DNA of 33,046 nucleotides from Octopus sinensis (taxonomy: Eukaryota), in contig NW_021832722.1 of the NCBI RefSeq assembly GCF_006345805.1, positions 1-33,046 of the forward strand. The letters run 5' to 3'. Shown piece after piece: positions 25,273 through 33,046 of the stretch. The notes under the pieces were generated by a model that did no database searches, had not been told where the DNA came from, and saw nothing but the letters and a program-made list of their open reading frames with translations. A program made the translations under genes and the position numbers. The first letter of the stretch is position 1, and the number at the start of each line of letters is the position of its first letter.

Positions 25273-25596
25273 CTGCACATTATATATAAAAGCGTGCGCG
25301 CGTGTTGTGTGTATAGGCATAAAGACAGATTCACAGATACATCTGCACAAACAAAAACGTACATACACACACATACATGCATGAACACATACACACATGC
25401 ACACATACCAACACGATGGAAAGACAGAAAGACACGCAAACCGATACATACACGCACGATATAAAACACACACACACACACACACAGATATACAGACAGC
25501 CACACACATATACACACGCACTAAAACGTACACAGTTACCCACAATTATATTATGATCTTTCTGGTTCATTGTCCCCTTGTCCCCATAAAACACAC

Positions 25597-25702
25597 CCCC
25601 TGCAGATTAAGGATTTTATTGGCCTCTGCTTTCGTATTTTCATCCCTGATCATTGCCGCATTGTCAACGGGTTCCGGTTGCGTTACCTTACTGAGTTCAC
25701 TC
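25597..25702 (-). CDS. Candidate exon C (SELSKVTQPEPVDNAAMIRDENTKAEANKILNLQG)
   Basis: Acceptor TTAGTTGTTTAG, donor GTGTGT, one open frame, phase-compatible with B and D. Confidence 0.3.
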
Positions 25703-25756
25703 CTAAACAACTAACAAACTAGCTCAGACAACCCAACCGGAAAATTAACAATGTTT

Positions 25757-25792
<36 letters not shown>

Positions 25793-25860
25793 CATTCATA
25801 AATACACCCCCCTTATATGTGTGTGTATGTATATATGTATGTGTGTATGTATTTATACAC

Positions 25861-25973
25861 ATAAATGCTGTCAAGATGTAACCCAGTACAGCTTGTTGCA
25901 TGGTTGGGCCGTCCGTGACTAAACCGGTAACACCGGCAAACCTACTTGGTGAGTAAAGTAGTTTGTGGACACC
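25861..25973 (-). CDS. Candidate exon B (GVHKLLYSPSRFAGVTGLVTDGPTMQQAVLGYILTAF)
   Basis: Strong acceptor TTTTCGTTTTTCCTTCCGCAG; donor uncertain (weak GTGTAT at 25860, or GTAGGT after 28 nt). Confidence 0.35.
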
Positions 25974-26072
25974 CTGCGGAAGGAAAAACGAAAACCGTCA
26001 AATGCCGGATGAACCAAGAGAGTTCATGGTGCATGTATGTAGACAGATAGATAGAGAGACAGACAGACAAGC

Positions 26073-26107
<35 letters not shown>

Positions 26108-26414
26108 TAGAAAGACGGATGGATGGATAGATGGATGGACAGACAGACAAAAGACAGACAGACCGAAAGGCGGATGGGTGGATGGACAGACAGACAGACA
26201 GAAAGACAGAGGGATGGACAGACAGACAGATAGAAAGACGGACGGACTGACATACATGCAGACAGACAGATTAATCGTAGGCTTCAATAGAATCTAGGCA
26301 CGTCAACATGCAGGACGCCAGAAATGGCTAGGTACAATAACATAGGGTTCATAGTGAGGTGTAACAACTATGAAAGTATCACGTAATGTTAGGATATTGT
26401 AGCTATGTACGTAC

Positions 26415-26454
26415 CAAATTCAATTTAAACCATAGATCCGGCTCAGGCCTGGTT
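26415..26454 (-). CDS. Candidate exon A (TRPEPDLWFKLNL; may start at 26484)
   Basis: Donor TTG|GTACGT, one open frame ending in phase 0, compatible with exon B; acceptor weak. Confidence 0.25.
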
Positions 26455-26493
26455 CTAGGTGTGGCGTTCGTATTAAAAGAACACCTATTTGTG

Positions 26494-26534
<41 letters not shown>

Positions 26535-26578
26535 TGTGTGTCTGTGTGTGTGTGCGTGTGTGCGTGTGTGTGTGTGCG

Positions 26579-26630
<52 letters not shown>

Positions 26631-26823
26631 TAAAGAACGACTCGTGCGTGCGCAAGCGCGAAGAGAAGGTAAAGTGTAATATGAATTTTTTAAATGTTAA
26701 ACATAGAACTTTAAATGTGTCACCATCTAAAAACGATTCCAATATTTGTAAAAATGGGAGACGTACAGACTGTTCCATGCTTACACTTTGAAAAATCTCT
26801 GCTAGTAAAACTATACATTAAAA

Positions 26824-27147
26824 GGAGCACTCCGTCGGTTACGACGACGAGGGTTCCGGTTGATCCGATCAACGGAACAGCCTGCTCGTGAAATTAACAT
26901 GCAAGTGGCCGAGCACTCCACCAACACGTGTACCCTTAACGTATTTCTCAGTGAGATTCAACGTGACACAGAGTGCAACAAGGCTGGCCCCTTTGAAATA
27001 CAGGTACTATTCATTTCTACCAGCTGAGTGGACAGGAGCAACGTGAAATAAAGTGTCTTGCTCAAGGACACGACGCGTCTCCAGGAACTGAACTCACAAC
27101 CTTACGATCGTGAGCCGAATGCTCAAACCAATAAGCCACGCGCATTC
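26824..27147 (-). mobile_element. Full-length family B SINE
   Basis: Closely colinear with 3098-3420. Confidence 0.92.
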
Positions 27148-27251
27148 ACTGCACATTAATAGATGGATAATCTATGATACACACATGTAGATATGTGTAT
27201 GTATGTCTGTTTTGATGTATGTATGTAGGTTGTCTTTCCCCTTTTAATTTA

Positions 27252-27459
27252 GGCGAGCTGGCAGAATCGTTAGCACGCCGTGCGAAATGCTTGGCAGCAT
27301 TTCGTCTGTCGTTACGTTCTGAGTTCAAATTCCACCAAAGTCGACTTTGCCTATCATCCTTTTCGGGTCGATTAATAAGTACTGGTTACGCACTTAATCC
27401 GTTTGTCTGTCCTTGTTTGTCCCTTCTCTGTGTAACCCCCTGTGAGCAATAAAGAAATA
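27252..27459 (+). mobile_element. Family A SINE (head, domain, tail 1)
   Basis: Colinear with 6866-7095. Confidence 0.88.
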
Positions 27460-27469
27460 ACATTTAGAA

Positions 27470-27876
27470 TAGATTTTGATCGGCCACCTACTTGGTAGCA
27501 AGATTGTGTAGGAAAGCATCTTGTTTTGTCCACCATCCTTTAAATCTTAAGAAAGGCTTGCAGATTTTTATTGTCCCTGATATTGTAACCATTTGTAGCG
27601 TAAGAATTAAGGATTTGCATTCCTCCCTCAAAATCCAAGTTCAGCCATACTTGCTCTAGACGGGTTTGTATGCTTCCTGTTGCTCGAATAATAATAAGTA
27701 TGAAGCTGAAAGTGTATCTTGAGTACTGGGTTTGCAGAATCCTTATCAATGGTCCACAGATGTTGTCTCTCTCTTGTATTTTTCTGACCACATTCGTGTC
27801 CAGTGGGCAGCTGATTTCCACAACAGAAACGTATCTTGTCCTTGTGATCCAACACAACAATATCTGAGTGGTTTCG
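27470..27876 (-). mobile_element. 3' fragment of an RLE-type LINE (R4/Dong-like), copy 3
   Basis: RNHSDIVVLDHKDK, frameshift, then VSVVEISCPLDTNVVRKIQERDNICGPLIRILQTQYSRYTFSFILIIIRATG...FLKI*: PD-(D/E)xK-type RLE C-terminus. Confidence 0.85.
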
Positions 27877-27879
27877 GCG

Positions 27880-28072
27880 AGCACGCCGGGCGAAATGCGA
27901 AGCCGTAGTTCGTCTGCCGTTACGTTCTGAGTTCAAATTCCGCCGAGGTCGACTTTGCCTTTCATCCTTTCGGGGTCGATAAATTAAGTACCAGTTACAT
28001 ACTGGGGTCGATCTAATCGATTAGCCCTCTCCTCAAAAATTTCGGGCATTGTGCCTAGGGTAGAAAAGAATA
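27880..28072 (+). mobile_element. Family A SINE, 5'-truncated, domain plus tail 2
   Basis: Matches the head/domain of 6866 and the tail of 13181-13230. Confidence 0.88.
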
Positions 28073-28356
28073 TCTGACTGGTTGCTTGTTAACTTGGTCG
28101 CTGTTTTAATTTTCAAGTTCCACGAATATTATTTTGATCCATCGGCCTTAATATGGTCAGCTTCGTCTGTACGTGTTTTCTTCTTTGTTATCCTACACCG
28201 GAGTTTCTGGGTATCACATCACGTCTCGTAGGAAACGATGGATGGATGGATGGATGGATGTCTTATGAATTTAAATGCCTTAACAAAAGCATTTCCGCCT
28301 TCGCTAAATCACAGAAAGCTCCTCTGAAACGTTGTATCTTCGGAAATATTAATATA

Positions 28357-28393
<37 letters not shown>

Positions 28394-28839
28394 CCGCGCA
28401 TTACCTGTACACAATGTGTATTTTTCATTTTATATACATAACAAAAATGCGTATAGAGAAAAATCACATCTTTAATTGTAGAAGACACCTTATAAACCAG
28501 ACTATCGTTTTTTATTGTGTTAACAAGTTTGGATACAGAAGATATTGAAATTAATATTTTCAGAAATATATGTCAACACTAAGTTTTCAAGACGATCAAA
28601 AATCAAAGAGAACTTACGAAATATTTCTTTAGTTTACTTTGAATTCAACCAATTTTGGATCACTTTGAAAACATTGTGTCAACATGCATTTTCGGAAATA
28701 TTAATGTCAATAATATTTCCTGCATCAAAATATGTTAATGCAACGGAAACAATTGTTGGGTTTGTGAGGTGAATTCTACAAGTAAAGATGTGAGTCTCTC
28801 TATACGTATTTTTGCTTTTATAAGTTACATACATATTCT

Positions 28840-29025
28840 TTTATTCATTTACTTGTTTCAGTCATTTGACTGCGACCATGCTGGAGCGCCGCCTTTAGTC
28901 GAAGAAATCGACTTTAGCGTATTAATTATTCTATCGGTCGCTTTTGCCAAAACGCTAGGTAATGGGTACGTAAACACAACATCGGTTGTCAAGCGATGGA
29001 AGGAGGACAGGCACAGACACACAAA
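28840..29025 (-). mobile_element. Family D SINE tail
   Basis: Colinear with 21750-21930. Confidence 0.8.
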
Positions 29026-29164
29026 AATATATACACACACACATATATCTACACACACACACAAACACACACATATATATATATATACATACACACCCAC
29101 ACACATACATACACATATACACACACACACATCCATCTATCTATCTATTTATCTATCTATATAT

Positions 29165-29197
<33 letters not shown>

Positions 29198-29214
29198 CAT
29201 ATATATATATAAAG

Positions 29215-29883
29215 CAATGAAGAAATAAGTGATATAGATATCCACTATATACAGCTCAACCAAGTAGCGCTCTGACAGAGCTTCAGGAATATAAAATTAA
29301 GAAGGAGAGAAAACAAATTCAAAGGCCAATGTATATATTCATTCAGTCCATATTAACGAAATTCTCTATGGTATACAATATACATACATAGATGCATTCA
29401 TCTATATGAGATAAAAAATTTCTAAGAATTTACAAATATATACATATACACGAGAATTTATAAATATATAAAAATTTAGAAATATATAAAATTTGATAAA
29501 CACATAAAAATTCATGAATATAAATATATAATAATATAAATGCGTAAATGTACCTGCGAAGTCGGAATGTTCGAATTTGATTCAATGAAGAACGTGGATA
29601 AAAAAAGCGAGTGTAAGATGATTCATAAGGAGTCCAAAACATGTATAAAATCTTACGGCCGTTTTGAAAAGATATAGGTTGCTATGGGCGAGCTAACTCC
29701 AACCACAGCAAGTCTCTATATTTCTCTCATCAGAGTTAATAAATTCACAAAGTTAAAACTTTAAAAGATATGATAGTTTAGATGACTTTTAAAACCGAAT
29801 GTTTAATTGGATCATTCTCTTCAAGCAGATGATTTCAAAATCATTAAAATTATTATTAATACAGGCTAAAGTGCATTACGATG

Positions 29884-29925
<42 letters not shown>

Positions 29926-30830
29926 AAGTTTTAGAAGAGTCCATAATATGAAGGAAAGGTAGATTAGGATCCTACTGCTTCATTATTTTTGGTGAAAAAT
30001 TTGAACGTTGAAAAATATGTCTACAGGTAATTGTAACGTCAGAAATCTTATTAGTAAATTATTAAGTAAACTATTTTTGTTGGCTCGGATTCTGTGGATC
30101 GCCTCCTTCGTGCTTAAATCGCAATTCTTGGTGTGTGTATTATATGGTGCGGCTTCCCTTATTACAGACCAATTCAGACTGAATTCTTTGTTGTTCATTT
30201 TTAATTTATTAATGTAAGTTACACTAGTAACTTACATTGGTTGAATTATTTGTTTCGTGGTTAGAGATAATGTTTTATATGCGCCCTATATCTACTTTTA
30301 AAGTGAACTGTACTACCTATGTAAATCTTTTTAGGTTCATTTAAGGTTGAGACTTCAACTTTATAAACGGTATTTCTCCTTAAACAGAAACCTTTAAGGG
30401 GACAAAATTCCCTATTACGACAATTGTTTTTATTTTATTTCCAGGTTTAGTCTTACTATTTTTAATATCCAAGTCCTTATTATTGTCTTTCGTGTTAGGG
30501 TCAGCTAAGTTATCTCTGTCAGTTTCGTTATTTCTAAGTTTACGTCTATTATTGGCTGCGATAATGGACCCAATCTTGGGTGTGGTAGAATAAGATAATT
30601 TAAGACAGGATCTATTAAATATAGAATGGTATTTATGAGCTGGTGGGAAGTTCTTATCGATAATGCTAAAAAATAACTTAGTGGGGTTTCCTACCTGGAG
30701 AGAGAAGGGGAGAAGAGAATGGTCTAATTAAACATTCGGTTTTTAAAAATCACCCAACCTACCGTTTCTTTTAAAGTTTTAACTTTGTGAATCCATTAAC
30801 ACAGATGAGCGAAATATAGAGACTTGCTAT
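29215..30830 (-). mobile_element. 5'-truncated Penelope-like element with 3' terminal region and inverted partial copy at the 5' break
   Basis: ORF remnant 30710-29983 (-): PFSLQV...IIDKNFPPAHKYHSIFNRSCLKLSYSTTPKIGSII...(N)CRNREFCPLKGFCLRRNTVYKVEVSTLNEPKKIYIGSTVHFKSRY...LNWSVIREAAPYN...SLLN (linker, CxR..CPL.G.C, GIY-YIG), with frameshifts. Inverted repeat 29703-29822 / 30711-30830. Confidence 0.88.
29650..29737 (-). ncRNA. Degenerate hammerhead motif with 61-nt helix II
   Basis: CTGATGA (29733-29727), long hairpin, AAAA (G12 replaced by A), C-GGCC-GTA-AG; palindromic helix III ACGGCCGT; helix I weak. Confidence 0.6.
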
Positions 30831-30924
30831 GGTATACAGGCTTGCTATGGATATAATTAACCAAAATCGCTTAAAGCTGAGCGCTTTATTGATACATGTT
30901 TGGTTTTCTTAATCCCTGCTTTCT

Positions 30925-31127
30925 TCTGATTCGTTAGCTACTGCACGCATTTTTTTTCTCTCCTTCTTTCTGTGTTTTTCTCTCTCTGTGTATCTTTCTG
31001 TTGAAGAGCGTAGGCTCGAAACGTTAAAGACTTGTTTTATTTATATTTCCTGAGCGCCATACTAATACAATTGTTCGTTTGTTTTCCACCTGCCTTCGTC
31101 TTTTGTTTATTTTCATAAAGCTTCCCG

Positions 31128-31129
<2 letters not shown>
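30925..31129 (+). mobile_element. Short hammerhead-bearing module ending in (TA)n
   Basis: Shares AGAGC-loop-GCTCGAAACGT and downstream TTCCTGAGCG with 32149-32351; start approximate. Confidence 0.6.
30993..31030 (+). ncRNA. Minimal type I hammerhead motif, core variant CUGUUGA
   Basis: TCTTT-CTGTTGA-A-GAGC-GTAG-GCTC-GAAA-CGTT-AAAGA: 5-bp helix I, 4-bp helix II, palindromic ACGT helix III; A6 replaced by U. Confidence 0.65.
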
Positions 31130-31201
<72 letters not shown>

Positions 31202-31370
31202 TTATAAATAAGGATAATATCGATATTAAATATCGATATTATCAAGTGGCTAGCATGGGTATAAATACCATACAAAGTTATTAATTTTTTACAACTAAAA
31301 ATAACTCAGACACCCTTATTTTTAGTTGTAAAAAATTATTACCTATATATATGTATATATATATATATAT

Positions 31371-31371
31371 G

Positions 31372-31449
<78 letters not shown>
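31371..31449. repeat. (GATA)n microsatellite
   Basis: Direct. Confidence 0.95.
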
Positions 31450-31649
31450 TTTGTCGTTAAATGCTCGAAATGAGGAGTAGATAGACAGCCGACAACTGAT
31501 GAAGGATCGTTCTTTATGTTACTTCTCTTGTTTGCCATTTATTTAATTATTTGATTGAATACCCAAATTCGTCTTCGTATTTCATGTTGTTTTCGTATTT
31601 CATATTGTTTACGTTTTGTGACGTCCTGAACCCATATATGCATATATAT

Positions 31650-32017
31650 GCAGGAGTGGCTGTGTGGTAAGTAGCTTGCTAACCAACCACATGGTTCCAG
31701 GTTCAGTCCCACTGCGTGACATCTTGGGCAAGTGTCTTCTGCTATAGCCCCGGGCCGACCAATGCCTTGTGAATGGATTTGGTAGACGGAAACTGAAAGA
31801 AGCCTGTTGTATATATGTATGTATGTGCTTGTGTGTTTATGTTTGTCCCCCTAGCATTACTTGACAACCGATGCTGGTGTGTTTAGGTCCCCGTTACTTA
31901 GCGGTTCGGCAAAAAAGTACTGGGCTTACAAAGAATGAGTCCCGGGGTCGATTTGCTCGACTAAAGGCGGTGCTCCAGCATAGCCGCAGTCAAATGACTG
32001 AAACAAGTAAAAAAAAA
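31650..32017 (+). mobile_element. Full-length family D (CORE-like) SINE
   Basis: Reverse-complement match to 21724-22140. Confidence 0.9.
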
Positions 32018-32022
32018 ATGTA

Positions 32023-32058
<36 letters not shown>

Positions 32059-32148
32059 TGTATGTATGTATGTATGTACATATATGTATGTATATATGCA
32101 TATATATATTATATATTATATGTGTGTGTGTGTGTCTGTGTGTGTGTG

Positions 32149-32351
32149 AGACCGCGTGTGTATCGCTGCCGATTTTCTTTCTCCGTCTTCCCTTCTTTGG
32201 ACTTTTTTTAATATTCCTGATGAAGAGCTCCGCTCGAAACGTGAAATCCACTTTCTTTTCTCTTCTTTCCTGAGCGTCCAATAACACTGTACTCGTACCA
32301 CGCCCTCGCGTTGCTGTTTTCTCTTGCTTGTTCTTGTTTGAACTGACTATG
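32149..32351 (+). mobile_element. Short hammerhead-bearing module ending in (TA)n
   Basis: CTGATGA-A-GAGC-TCC-GCTC-GAAA-CGTG at 32217-32243; related to 30925-31129. The GUG triplet and poor helix I suggest inactivity. Confidence 0.6.
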
Positions 32352-32371
32352 ATATATATATATATATATAT

Positions 32372-32503
32372 ATTTATTATATAGAAGGAGCTTCTACAGG
32401 ACTAGTACTGTTTCATTAAAGAGAAATCTTCAGGAAGCTTCCTGAAGATTTCTCTTGAATGAAACAGTACTAGTCCTGTAGAAGCTCCTTCTATATAATA
32501 AAT
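32372..32503. repeat. 132-bp spacerless palindrome with one mismatch
   Basis: Centre 32437/32438; only 32418 A vs 32457 G fails to pair. Confidence 0.97.
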
Positions 32504-32591
32504 TAATTTTACTCTGCTATGTATTGAGTACCTTACTTACTGTGGTTAACCCCGGATCAACCCGGGACCTACATATATATATATATATATA

Positions 32592-32630
<39 letters not shown>

Positions 32631-33046
32631 TAGCCGTGAGGTTATGGAAGCAAGGGAAGCAATGCTTCCTTTAATAATTATAGAAACAAAATTGAAACTA
32701 TTATTTATTTTTCCTAAGATCATTCATCTAATGTTCTGTAAAATTAATATAAACTACATGACATCATAGGCTTCAGACTTTTGTTGTCGCAATTAGCATG
32801 GGACAACAAGCAGTGGCAGACGACACAAAAAACAGCTGTGCAAGGGAAGCAACGCGAGCTGTTGCATCCTTTTCGGTGTAATATTTTAACATTTTTTCCA
32901 TTAAAAATGCCACAAAGACAATTTTTTTTTCGTAAGAGCTGATAACGAATAGTTTTAGATGCTAATAAATACTTACACGCTTAGATTAAGTTTCTGTTAA
33001 TTCGCAATACCAATGATATATATAATCTTACATTATGTGACACATG

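Noticed and set aside
30695-30722. Apparent splice acceptor (pyrimidine tract plus CAG) before the PLE ORF
   Set aside because: The tract translates in frame as PFSLQV, matching the PLE PPFS.NV motif, so it is coding sequence.
31450-31640. CTCGAAA...CTGATGAAGG as a permuted hammerhead
   Set aside because: Helices I-III cannot be paired in any topology; probably a decayed repeat terminus.
32632-33046. Possible hAT-like MITE start with GGAAGC-AAT-GCTTCC hairpin and repeated GCAAGGGAAGCAA
   Set aside because: No second terminus or target-site duplication within the window.

Overview
Repeat-dominated, AT-rich eukaryotic DNA, most likely octopus; that call rests on the microsatellite load and SINE families recalled from memory, not on a database search. 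No intact gene, rRNA, genuine tRNA or CRISPR array is supported, and most long ORFs in the track are microsatellite artefacts. The window holds: (i) about 15 tRNA-headed SINE copies of four families, one expanded into a 183-bp tandem array with ABAB higher-order structure; (ii) three 3' remnants of an R4/Dong-like LINE with a restriction-like endonuclease; (iii) mariner remnants, one a fold-back built from two 3' ends; (iv) a non-autonomous Helitron; (v) a Penelope-like element (PLE) remnant with a GIY-YIG domain. The most notable signal is a set of type I hammerhead-ribozyme motifs with palindromic helix III in short modules next to TA-rich microsatellites. Two have unusually long helix II and one pair sits back to back in a 132-bp palindrome, alongside several other near-perfect fold-backs. 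A weakly supported four-exon minus-strand gene fragment (26.5 to 21.3 kb) and a GATA-motif cluster are also flagged.
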